Assembly: GCA_965222155.1 (NCBI GenBank)
Contig: CBDCTH010000012.1
Location: forward strand, 288,001 to 352,000
Direction of reading: 5' to 3'
Length of the DNA stretch: 64,000 nt
Origin: Gammaproteobacteria bacterium
GTDB taxonomy: Bacteria > Pseudomonadota > Gammaproteobacteria > Eutrophobiales > Eutrophobiaceae
In this document: positions 51,220-60,600 of the stretch, one piece after another
How positions within the stretch are numbered: the first letter of the stretch is position 1
How the letters are laid out: each line of letters starts with the position of its first letter
Position numbers and translations under genes: made by a program
Notes under the pieces: model-generated
What the model saw: the letters and a program-made list of their open reading frames with translations, nothing else
Told to the model about the DNA's origin: nothing
Databases searched by the model: none

Positions 51220-52005
51220 ATGCCGGTTCCAGCCATACGGATACAAGGACTGACAAAACAGCGCGGCAGGAAAGCCGTGTTATCGGACCTGGATCTTATG
51301 GTTCCCGAGGGTAGCTACATGGGCCTGGTGGGGGTTAACGGCGCCGGCAAAACCACCTTGCTGAAATGTCTGCTGGACCTCGATACGGCAACCTCGGGAG
51401 AGATTGCCGTCTTCAACAGGAAGCACAGCTTGGTCGCAGCCAGGTCGCGCCTGGCTTACCTGCCGGAAAAGTTTCGGCCGCCGGGTTATCTCAACGGTTG
51501 GGAGTTCCTGCGTTACCTGGGCGCACTCCATGGCAATGAATTCAACCTCAACCGGATAAAGGAGGTTATGGACATCCTGGACGTGGAGATTGCAGAGCTG
51601 GATAAACCCGCTATGCGCCTGTCAAAAGGAACGGCGCAGAAACTGGGCCTGGCTGCCTGTCTGGTGAGCGGGAAAAGGCTGCTCATCATGGATGAACCAA
51701 TGAGCGGCCTGGACCCCAGGGCGCGGGTCTGTCTGCAATCTCACCTGCTGGAGCTGAAACGGCAGGGTCTTACCTGTTTTTTCACTACCCACCTGCTGGC
51801 GGACGCGGAAAAACTATGCGACAGCATAGCCATATTGCACCAGGGCAAAATCCACTATGCCGGATCACCCGCCGCCTGCTGCCGGCATTTCAACGCAGTT
51901 AACCTTGAACAGGCTTTTTTACGCTGTGTGAGAGGCAGGGACCGGTTACCAGGCAACAGGCGGCAGGTAACGGACACGGCGAATGGCGAATATACGGAAC
52001 ACTGA
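51220..52005 (+). CDS. ABC transporter ATPase (PilH-like)
   Basis: GVNGAGKTT, LSKG signature, DEPMSGLDP, TH switch. Confidence 0.92.
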   Translation: MPVPAIRIQGLTKQRGRKAVLSDLDLMVPEGSYMGLVGVNGAGKTTLLKCLLDLDTATSGEIAVFNRKHSLVAARSRLAYLPEKFRPPGYLNGWEFLRYLGALHGNEFNLNRIKEVMDILDVEIAELDKPAMRLSKGTAQKLGLAACLVSGKRLLIMDEPMSGLDPRARVCLQSHLLELKRQGLTCFFTTHLLADAEKLCDSIAILHQGKIHYAGSPAACCRHFNAVNLEQAFLRCVRGRDRLPGNRRQVTDTANGEYTEH

Positions 52006-52039
52006 GATTTAGTGATATTCTGCCACGAGGTTCCCGGCA

Positions 52040-52504
52040 TCAGGAATCGATATTATCAGCTACCCTGTGCTTTGTTCTGATGTAATCTTTATGGGAGATA
52101 TAGAGCAAATCGGCAATTTTTCGGATGTAATATTCTTCATATTTATCCAGAACGGCATCGGCAAATGCAACCTGCCAGAGTAATTCAATGATTTGGATTT
52201 TTTCCGATGCGTTCAGATTGTTATTGAGCATACGGGTAAAGTCATGCAGGGAAACGGCGAGGTCGACTTCCCGGCGCGCCAACGCGATTAATTCATCCAC
52301 CTGTTCGGCGGCAATATTAAAGTGAGCGCTCAGCGCTTTTTTGATGACAGCCAGTTCTTCATTATCAATAGATGAATCTGCCAGGCTGATTTCTATCATC
52401 AGTACGGCTGCAGCCAGCTCAACCCGGTTGTCGAGACCGGACATACTGTGGTCAGTCTCGTCCTGAATGCTTCGTTCAAAGAATTCTTTCAACGATTTAA
52501 GCAT
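52040..52504 (-). CDS. TerB-family protein
   Basis: LAAAVLMIE, LWQVAFAD...YEEYYIRKIADLL. Confidence 0.85.
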   Translation of the reverse strand: MLKSLKEFFERSIQDETDHSMSGLDNRVELAAAVLMIEISLADSSIDNEELAVIKKALSAHFNIAAEQVDELIALARREVDLAVSLHDFTRMLNNNLNASEKIQIIELLWQVAFADAVLDKYEEYYIRKIADLLYISHKDYIRTKHRVADNIDS

Positions 52505-52546
52505 GAGCAGCCTGTTCCGGAATATCCTTACCGAATCCGGGTAGCG

Positions 52547-52864
52547 TTAATTCCTATGCTGGGTATGGAGGTAATGGCCGTCATTGAAGCGTTTAAAATA
52601 AGCCTCTATCAGCGGATGGTCCACCGGTTCGAGCGAGGAGTCATTGTTCAGGTTTCTTTCGGCGACATAGGTTTCCTGGTCGGAATTGTGAACCAGCACT
52701 TTATACCAGGGTTTGTCCTTGGGGGGACAGGATTGTGCTACCTCGTCGTACCATTCATCCGAACCCTGAAAAACAGGATCAACGTCAACTATAACCCCCC
52801 GGTAATCAAATAATTTATGCTTGATCAGTTGACCTATGTTGTATTTGGCGTGCTGTAATGTCAT
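52547..52864 (-). CDS. hspQ: Heat shock protein HspQ
   Basis: AKYNIGQLIKHKLFDYRGVIVDVDP...PWY...TYVAERNL. Confidence 0.92.
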   Translation of the reverse strand: MTLQHAKYNIGQLIKHKLFDYRGVIVDVDPVFQGSDEWYDEVAQSCPPKDKPWYKVLVHNSDQETYVAERNLNNDSSLEPVDHPLIEAYFKRFNDGHYLHTQHRN

Positions 52865-52915
52865 CTTTCTTGTATCAGGCTTGTTATAACGCTCTATTTT
52901 AAACACTAACAGGTT

Positions 52916-53650
52916 ATGCGCAATATCCGAATATACATAGATACCCCGTTAGCGGTCGCCGCAAGAGTTATTTTGCCTAAAGAGGCGTCACACCACTTGC
53001 TGCGGGTCCTGCGTTGTCGGCGCAATAATGATATTACCCTGTTCAACGGCCATGGAGGAAGTTATCCGGGAAAGATTATTTCCGATTCCACTCGTATGGT
53101 TGAAGTTGAAATTCTGGGCTTTGAGCCGGAAACATCCGAACCCGCCCTGTTTATCACACTGGGGTTTGGTATATCACGCAGCCTGCACATGGATTATGCC
53201 ATACAAAAGTCGGTGGAATTAGGTGTATCCGCTATTGTTCCCCTCTTTACTGAACGCAGCAACGTCAAACTGGAGCATAAACGTGCAGAGACGCGCCTGC
53301 AACATTGGGAAAAAATCATGATCCATGCCTGTGAGCAGTCCGGCAGAAATACCGTGCCGGTATTACATGCTCCGCGAGCGCTGCATGAGTGGGCCTCGAA
53401 CGATCAGAATACAACACGATTTCAACTGGCGCCGGCAGCACGGCAAACCCTGGCCGGATTTAACGGGATGAATAGTCGGGATATAAGCATCCTGGTAGGC
53501 CCGGAAGGCGGCCTGACCGATTCAGAGCAGACGACAGCCGAAAAACTTGGATATATCCCGATAAAACTGGGCCCTCGTACGTTACGCACTGAAACTGCCG
53601 TGGTTGCAGCTATCACTGCACTGCAGGTGCTATGGGGCGACTTACGTTGA
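52916..53650 (+). CDS. rsmE: 16S rRNA m3U1498 methyltransferase
   Basis: HHLLRVLR, QKSVELG, ACEQSGR, GPEGG, LGPRTLRTETA. Confidence 0.96.
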   Translation: MRNIRIYIDTPLAVAARVILPKEASHHLLRVLRCRRNNDITLFNGHGGSYPGKIISDSTRMVEVEILGFEPETSEPALFITLGFGISRSLHMDYAIQKSVELGVSAIVPLFTERSNVKLEHKRAETRLQHWEKIMIHACEQSGRNTVPVLHAPRALHEWASNDQNTTRFQLAPAARQTLAGFNGMNSRDISILVGPEGGLTDSEQTTAEKLGYIPIKLGPRTLRTETAVVAAITALQVLWGDLR

Positions 53651-53711
53651 ACAAAGGGGTCAGACTCGATTGATTTTCCAGACACCTTTGATTCCATTCA
53701 GGGCAGCGCCC

Positions 53712-53795
53712 GTCATACCGATACCCCCAGTCGTCATACCGGCATTCGCCGGAATGACGACGGGTGAAGGTGCCGGAATGACGAGGGCCTGGATT
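53712..53795. repeat. Cluster of CGTC-type REPs
   Basis: CGTCATACCG x2 and CCGGAATGACG x2, forming hairpins. Confidence 0.75.
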
Positions 53796-53890
53796 CACAA
53801 AGTATGATATTGCCCTGTCTGCAAGTAAACAGAACACAGAAAATTCCCAATTTAAGATATAATATTGTTTTCTATTAGGAAGATTAAAAT

Positions 53891-55186
53891 ATGGTTGCAA
53901 CTGCAGCAGAAGTGGTACCACACCTGACAACGGCCCTGACCGGTCCCTTGAACATCATAGAGAGCACTATCCTGGACTACCAGGCGAGGATTGAATCCTG
54001 GTTCCGGTCGCAGTGGCGTAAGACACCGGTGCCGTTATATGCTTCCGTAGACTTGAGAAACGCAGGTTACAAGATAGCCCCCATCGACACCAACCTGTTC
54101 CCCGCAGGGTTTAATAACCTTAACCCGGCTTTCGAACCCCTGTGCATACAGGCGATGCAATCGGCGCTGGAGCGAGTGGATGGGCCGGTGGACCGTATTT
54201 TAATCATTCCCGAGAACCATACCCGAAACAGGCATTATCTTGAGAACCTTGCCGTCCTGCAGAGAATACTTGAAAAGGCCGGCTTCGAGACCCGGCTGGG
54301 TTCCCTGCTGCAGGACCTGGGCAAGGGAATGCAAATCGATTTGGACAGCGGTTCGTCCATCCACCTGGAACCGTTACGGCGAGAGGGTTCCAGTCTTCTG
54401 GTCAATGATTTCCGGCCGGAACTGTTGATATTGAACAATGATTTATCATCCGGCATACCGGAGTTCCTGCAGGGAGTGGAGCAAATGGTCATGCCGCCGC
54501 TCAACCTGGGTTGGTCTGACCGTCTCAAGTCCGTACATTTCGGTTTTTACCGGGACATCGCCCGGGAATTTGCCGCGTTGCTGGATATTGATCCCTGGCT
54601 GATCGATCCCATGTTCCGCAACTGCGGAGAAGTGGACTTTATGAAACGTGAAGGCGAATCCTGTTTGTCCAGGAACGTTGATTCACTGCTTAATGCCATC
54701 CGGAAAAAATATGATGAGTATGGCGTAAACAATGAGCCGTTCGTAATGATCAAAGCGGATTCAGGCACTTACGGCATGAGCGTTATGCCTGTCCACAGCG
54801 CGGAGGATATCTCGGAACTGAACCGGAAGCAAAGGACGAAAATGGCTACCACCAAGGAAGGACAAAAAGTGACTAAGGCGATCACTCAGGAAGGCATATA
54901 CACCCGTGAAACCTGGGGTAATCCCGGTACGGTGGCGGAACCGGTCGTTTACCTGATAGACCAGAACGTAGTAGGTGGTTTTTACCGGGTGCATCCGCAA
55001 CGGGCTACGAATGAGAACCTCAATTCACCGGGCATGTATTTCGAACGGCTGGCCTTTGATGAATGTTGTATTTCACCTGACAAGGAGCAGTCACCGGATG
55101 CCCACCCGAACCGTTTTTATACCTACGGCGTCATAGCCCGGCTTGCAATGCTGGCAGCCGCCCGGGAAACGAAAAACCTTGGGTAG
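53891..55186 (+). CDS. gshA: Glutamate-cysteine ligase
   Basis: VPHL, SVDLRNAG.K.AP.DTNLFP.GFNNL, PENHTRN, KADSGTYGM, NRFY.YGV.ARLA. Confidence 0.92.
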   Translation: MVATAAEVVPHLTTALTGPLNIIESTILDYQARIESWFRSQWRKTPVPLYASVDLRNAGYKIAPIDTNLFPAGFNNLNPAFEPLCIQAMQSALERVDGPVDRILIIPENHTRNRHYLENLAVLQRILEKAGFETRLGSLLQDLGKGMQIDLDSGSSIHLEPLRREGSSLLVNDFRPELLILNNDLSSGIPEFLQGVEQMVMPPLNLGWSDRLKSVHFGFYRDIAREFAALLDIDPWLIDPMFRNCGEVDFMKREGESCLSRNVDSLLNAIRKKYDEYGVNNEPFVMIKADSGTYGMSVMPVHSAEDISELNRKQRTKMATTKEGQKVTKAITQEGIYTRETWGNPGTVAEPVVYLIDQNVVGGFYRVHPQRATNENLNSPGMYFERLAFDECCISPDKEQSPDAHPNRFYTYGVIARLAMLAAARETKNLG

Positions 55187-55232
55187 CCGCTTTATCATAT
55201 TTGATAAGCCAGTTGGCAAGTACATAATCCAG

Positions 55233-55510
55233 CCATAACGGACTGCGCTGGATGCGCCCTTGCTTGTCTTCATTTCAACTTTATTCAGCGTCAACCTTGC
55301 CCTCCATGGCGCGGCTTCAGTGGCTTCGATAAACCCCAGCCACAACATCCCTGTTGTGGCGAAATCTGCCCGGAGCAGATTTGGACGCCCCTATGCATAA
55401 GGGGACGGATTTGAAATCCGTCCCCGGAAGGATGGGGCGCACATCAACTACGACTATGCTCATCGTCGCAAGCACCCGCTGGCGCTAAAAATCCGGCGCC
55501 ATCATGCGTC
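55233..55510 (+). repeat. Degenerate MITE family A interior with an inserted GGGGAC palindrome (55401..55425)
   Basis: CATAACGGACTGCGCTGGATGCGCCCTTGCTTGTCTT and GCACCCGCTGGCG..AAAAATCCGGCGC match 23573-23700. Confidence 0.7.
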
Positions 55511-55860
55511 CTGATGAGACTTTCCAACGGAATAGACAGGTTTGAATGAAGGTTTCGAATCATGTTCAGTGATAGTTCCCTGCGATGGTTGAGGATTTCT
55601 GAAACCCTGCCTCGGTTACCGATATAGGGTTCCAAATCTTTTCTTGTCAGATTCATTTGCTCCATCCTGAATTTAATAGCCTCTATGGGACTTGGCGGAG
55701 AAATTTGGTGATGCTTTTCTTCGTAGTCTTCAACAAGGATAAACATGATATCCAGTTTGTCACCGGCTTTCGTACCTTCATCAGCCCCCCACAGCCTTTC
55801 AATTTCGGCAAGAGCCTGATCGTAGTCTTTTTCATTTTTAATGGGTTGAATATCCATCAT
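55444..55860 (-). CDS. higA: HigA-family antitoxin
   Basis: IQPIKNEKDY...PIEAIKFRMEQ...RVSEILN...LSLNMIR. The C-terminal tail is read from repeat DNA. Confidence 0.88.
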   Translation of the reverse strand: MMDIQPIKNEKDYDQALAEIERLWGADEGTKAGDKLDIMFILVEDYEEKHHQISPPSPIEAIKFRMEQMNLTRKDLEPYIGNRGRVSEILNHRRELSLNMIRNLHSNLSIPLESLIRTHDGAGFLAPAGACDDEHSRS

Positions 55861-56149
55861 AGACCTCCGCATCAATGGCCTCATATTGCTTATGTGTGCC
55901 GATAAATTTTACAAAGCAGGCTTGTCTCCGATAATCAATGGCGACAACCATCCGATATTTATTTCCCGCTATATTGAACACAACACGGTTATTTTTAAGA
56001 ATACTTGCTGAACGAAACTGTGCTTTTAGCGTAGTCCAGGTGGCTTTTGGAGTTTCAAAATACCAGGCTTCCAATGGTCCCTGTGCATCAGAATATTTTG
56101 GCACTGATTCCCAAAATTCCCTTAATGTCCTTTTTGCAATTACTCTCAC
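55838..56149 (-). CDS. higB: HigB-family toxin (possibly degenerate)
   Basis: MRVIAKRTLREFW...RVVFNIAGNKYR...FIGTHKQY. Confidence 0.85.
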   Translation of the reverse strand: MRVIAKRTLREFWESVPKYSDAQGPLEAWYFETPKATWTTLKAQFRSASILKNNRVVFNIAGNKYRMVVAIDYRRQACFVKFIGTHKQYEAIDAEVYDGYSTH

Positions 56150-56288
56150 ATTGAAAGTTTAAATTGATACCATTTTGGGATCAAGCTTTGATTGCTTGAA
56201 TAATTCCGGTTTCTTGAAATTCGTGGGGATAACTCAGGGTCAAAGCCCATTCTTTTGGCATGGATGTATGACAGCATCTCCAATATGC

Positions 56289-56442
56289 CAGCAGCTCCCG
56301 CTAACTCCCGGGATCGAGGGCATCCTGCCCTCGTGGAGGGCGAGACGCCCTCCCTCCCAAGGGGAAATGCCCCTTTATGGTCAGAGTATGCCCGAATCCG
56401 GCAAAAATCACTGTATTGACCTCGATTTAGCGGGAGCACCTG
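56289..56442 (-). mobile_element. MITE family B (154 bp) with 9-bp target-site duplication
   Basis: TIRs CAGCAGCTCCCGCTAA / TTAGCGGGAGCACCTG; CCAATATGC on both sides. Confidence 0.9.
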
Positions 56443-56459
56443 CCAATATGCAGAGATAT

Positions 56460-56487
56460 TTGACTCTCTTTTATAAATAACTATAAT
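56460..56487 (+). promoter_or_regulatory. Putative sigma70 promoter upstream of virB3-virB2
   Basis: TTGACT-16 bp-TATAAT. Confidence 0.55.
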
Positions 56488-56545
56488 TGGTATGAAATAG
56501 AAATAGATAGGGAGTATTCAGCAACCCATTTTTTGCAGGTAGTTT

Positions 56546-56854
56546 ATGGATATCAGGGAAGATGCATACAGTAACAGGTCGTCCTTAACCGCGCATAAGC
56601 GGTACTTCGGCTATCCCGCCAATGCAGTTTTATTCCTTTTTGCCGTGTCTGCCTTACTGGGAGTGCAGTTGCGCTCGTTATTACTGTTTTCAGTCATATT
56701 CACTTTCGGCCTGTTAGTGCTTAACCTTGTTTGCCGGAATGACCCAAACGGTATAGCAGTATGGTTGTATGTAATCAGAAAAAGGTTGCTGAAACGGATT
56801 ACCTGCCTGTGTGCAGGTCGGGTGGCTGACAGGCCGTTCATGTTTACCGAATAA
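56546..56854 (+). CDS. VirB3/TrbD-like T4SS membrane protein
   Basis: SL...FGYP, two hydrophobic segments, then RNDP.....W; ~100 aa; next to a T4SS pilin. Confidence 0.6.
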   Translation: MDIREDAYSNRSSLTAHKRYFGYPANAVLFLFAVSALLGVQLRSLLLFSVIFTFGLLVLNLVCRNDPNGIAVWLYVIRKRLLKRITCLCAGRVADRPFMFTE

Positions 56855-56876
56855 CACTTAACCAGGAGATGTAACG

Positions 56877-57170
56877 ATGCGTGACAGTATCAATTTGCTT
56901 GGATTGCTTCTTTTCCCCGGTACCCTGCGCGCCGAATTTGATATCGGCACGACTGGAGGGCCGCTGGATTTTATCACTACCGCGTTTCAGACGGCGGTGG
57001 ATTTTTTGACGGGGCCGGCGGCGCTGGCCTTCCTGGTCGGCTCCGTTGTCGTGGGCGGCGTAATGTGGGCTTATGCGCCCAAGAGTGGCGCTCTTGGCAT
57101 TGTATTCCGGGCGATCATGGTGTTGCTGGTTATCTTCAACCTGTCTCTGGTTGTCAATAATCTGAAGTGA
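56877..57170 (+). CDS. VirB2/TrbC-like conjugative pilin
   Basis: Signal peptide, DFLTGPAA motif, two hydrophobic helices; AGGAG RBS. Confidence 0.75.
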   Translation: MRDSINLLGLLLFPGTLRAEFDIGTTGGPLDFITTAFQTAVDFLTGPAALAFLVGSVVVGGVMWAYAPKSGALGIVFRAIMVLLVIFNLSLVVNNLK

Positions 57171-57188
57171 TGCAGGGCGTATGAGAAC

Positions 57189-57358
57189 CAGGCGCTCCCG
57201 CTAAATCGAGGTCAATACAGTTTAAGACAAGGGGGACAGATTTAAATCTATCCCCTGGGAGTCTGACCATAAGGGGGCCTGTTTCCCTGGGAGGGAGGGC
57301 GTCTCGCCCGCCACGAGGGCAGGATGCCCTCGGTCCCGGGAGTTAGCGGGAACTGCTG
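57189..57358 (+). mobile_element. MITE family B copy, inverted relative to 56289..56442, containing a GGGGAC palindrome
   Basis: Same TIRs and interior; no target duplication in its flanks. Confidence 0.85.
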
Positions 57359-57619
57359 CCGTGAAGATGGAGCGTCTGCGACTCATGGTTTCACCAGCCG
57401 TCTCACAACGCTGTATGAGCAATTGAACAAAGCTTCCTTCGTAGCGGCACTTGTCGACGGCCAGGAGGCCAATATCGAACTGGCCAACGAATTGCAGCAG
57501 GCCGGCGCCGGCACAGGTTTGTCTCATAGGTACTGAACCCGGACAAGAGGGGGTTGACATTGCATGAAGCAGTGGGGTAGGGTATGCCGACTGTGATTAG
57601 AGGATGGATGACCATAACA

Positions 57620-60600
57620 ATGAATAGGCACGCCCGCCTGTCTTACGGGAGAGAGTTCGGAACGTCCTGCGGTGCTGACTCGCTGACGCATCGTCTGTGC
57701 GGCGTCCTGCGCCCATTCTCCTTTACCCCCCCCCCCCCCCCCCCCACATGAGATAACGAATCGCCGGTGCGGCGCTGCCGCTTCGCCGCGTGCGCGGGTA
57801 GCGGGCGTTCGCGGGGGGTCGACCGCAGCGGGGCTTTCCAGGCGGTTCCGGCGCGGGGTCCTGTGCGCCCTGGCGCTCGTGACGCTGATGTGCGGTCTGG
57901 CCGCGCCCGCGGCGGCGCAGGTGCCGGCGGCGCCGGAGGGGCTCGGCACCATGGGTACCGGCGACGGAGTTGTCACCCTGGTCTGGAGTAACCCGGGCGA
58001 CGCGAACATCATCGGGTATCAGTACCAGCATAAGGTCGGGTCGGACGCCTGGGGCTTGTGGACCAACATCCCGAGCAGCGGCCCGACCACGACGTCATAC
58101 ACCTTCACGGGACTGGCCAATTTCGTGGTACACTCTCTCCGGATCCGGGCGGTGAACGCCGCCGGTGCGAGTCAACCTAGCATCATCAAGACTGCTCAGC
58201 CGTTCGGCCAGCTGCCTGCGCCGACGGGTCTCACGGCGACGCCGGGCGACAGCGAGGTCAAGCTGCGCTGGACAATGCCGAGCGGCGCGTGGATCGACGA
58301 TGTCTATGGCTATCAATATCAGAAGAAAGAGGGGTCGAGCGGCGCCTGGGAAGCCTGGACGAAGAGTTCCGGAGTTCTGAACCTGTCCACGACGCACACT
58401 GTCACCGGTCTGACCAACGGCACGACTTATTACTTCAAAGTCCGGGCGATGGGTATTTCAGACTCCGGCCTGGGGTCTAACGTGGCGTCGGCGACGCCGA
58501 TCGCCGCCCAGTGGCCTGACACCCCCGATGCCCCGATACTCATCCCCGGTGACAGCGAGATCGCGGTGTCATGGACCGCCCCGGCGGCCAACCGCGCGTC
58601 CATCAGCGACTACGACGTGCGCTACCGGGCAGGCAACTCCGGCCCCTGGACGAACTGGGATGCGTCCACCACGAGCACGGCGCTGAGCACGGTCATCACC
58701 AGCCTGACCAACGGCCAGCGCTACCAGGTGCAGGTGCGGGCGACGAACCGCGTGGGCCCGTCAGACTGGTCGGCCAGCGCCCGCGCCACGCCGGTGGCCG
58801 CGCCCGCGGCGCCCGCGCGCCCGACCCTTATACCCGGTGACCGGCAAATCCAGGTGTCCTGGAATGCGCCGACCGACACCGGCGGCGCGGCCATCACCGG
58901 CTACGACATCAGGCTGCGGCGCCCCTCGGACGGCCTGGTGTTGAGCCAGGCCAACACCAGCAGCGGCACCAGCTATACATTTACAGGCCTGACCAACGGC
59001 CAGTCCTACCAGGTGCAGGTGCGGGCTGCGAACAAGAACGGAGACGGCGGCTGGTCGCCCAGCGCCAGCGCCACGCCCGTGGCGACGCCGGGCAAGCCGA
59101 CTGCGCTGACGGTCACCGTGCTGGGCGCCACCTCACTGCGGGTGAGCTGGACGGCGCCGACCAACACGGGCGGCAGTGCCATCACCGGCTACACGCTGCG
59201 GCGCAGTGCGGACAACGGGTTAATCTGGATGGCGTTGCCGGATGTCGCGGGGCCCGGGATGAGCAGGACGGTGACGGGTCTGACGCCGGGGGTCGCGTAT
59301 GTGTTCCAGGTACGGGCAACCAATGCGGCGGGGAACGGGGATTGGTCGGACGCCTCATCGCCGGCTACCCCCTCGGCGGCGCCGGCTGCGCCCGACGCCC
59401 CGACCCTTACCCCCGGCAATCAGCAGCTCGGGGTGGTATGGAGCGCGCCGGACGCCAACGGCGCGGACATCAGCGACTACGACGTGCGCTACAAGCTGAG
59501 CACCGTCACCGGCTGGACGGACGCCCACTACAACGGCACCGACACCAGCACGACCCTCGACGGTCTGACCAACGGCCAGCGCTACCAGGTGCAGGTGCGG
59601 GCGATAAACGTGCAGGGCCCCGGCGGCTGGTCGGACTTCGCCAGCGCCACGCCGGCCACCACTGCTACGGTGCCCGCCGCGCCGGCCGGTCCCGACGCTC
59701 GCCCCCGGCAACGGCAGGATAGTGGTGTCGTGGGCTGCGCCGACGAGCAACGGTGGCGCCCCTATCACCGGCTACAACGTACAGTACAGGCGGAGCAGCG
59801 ACACCGCTTGGACGGACGCCCACTATGATGGCACCGGCACCAGCACGACCCTCGATGGCCTCACCAACGGCCAGGACTACCAGGTGCAGGTACAGGCCGT
59901 GAACGCGCAGGGCGCGAGCGACTGGTCGGCCAGCGCCCCGGACACGCCGCCGGCAGCCCCGTCCCCGGCCGTGCCGCCCACCCTCCTCGTGACACGGGGC
60001 GACACCAGGGTGACGTTGCACTGGGGGAGCGTGAGCGATGCTACCATTACCCGCTGGGAGTACCGGCAGAAGGCGGGCGCGGGCGATTACGAGGACTGGA
60101 CCGGGATTCCCGGCAGCGCCGCGGACACGAGAGACCACGAGGTCACCGGCCTGAGCAACGGCACGCGCTACACCTTCCAGGTGCGGGCGCTGAGGGGGGG
60201 CGTGCCCGGTGCCGCCTCCAACGAGGCCAGCGCCACGCCGACACCGCCCTTGGCGCAGCCGACGGACTTCACCGCCACCCCCGGCGATAGCCAGGTCATT
60301 CTGCGTTGGGCCGGCCCCAGCGACCCCAACATCGTCAGTTGGGAGTACCGGCAGAAGGCGGCGGACAATTACGGGGGCTGGGCCGAGATTGCCGGCAGCA
60401 ACGCGACCACGAGAACGCATACGGTCACCGGCCTGAAGAACGGCACGCGCTACACCTTCCGGGTGCGGGCGCTGAGCGGGGCCGTGCCCGGCCCCGTCTC
60501 CGCCGAGGCCTCGGCCACGCCGACCGCCCAGAAGCCCGACGCGCCGGGGACGCCGAGCGGCCCGGCGCTGAGCGACGTCAAGGCGACGCCGTCAACCATC

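Noticed and set aside
56289-57358. Composite transposon carrying virB3-virB2
   Set aside because: The left MITE has its own 9-bp duplication (independent insertion), and the outer flanks of the pair do not match.
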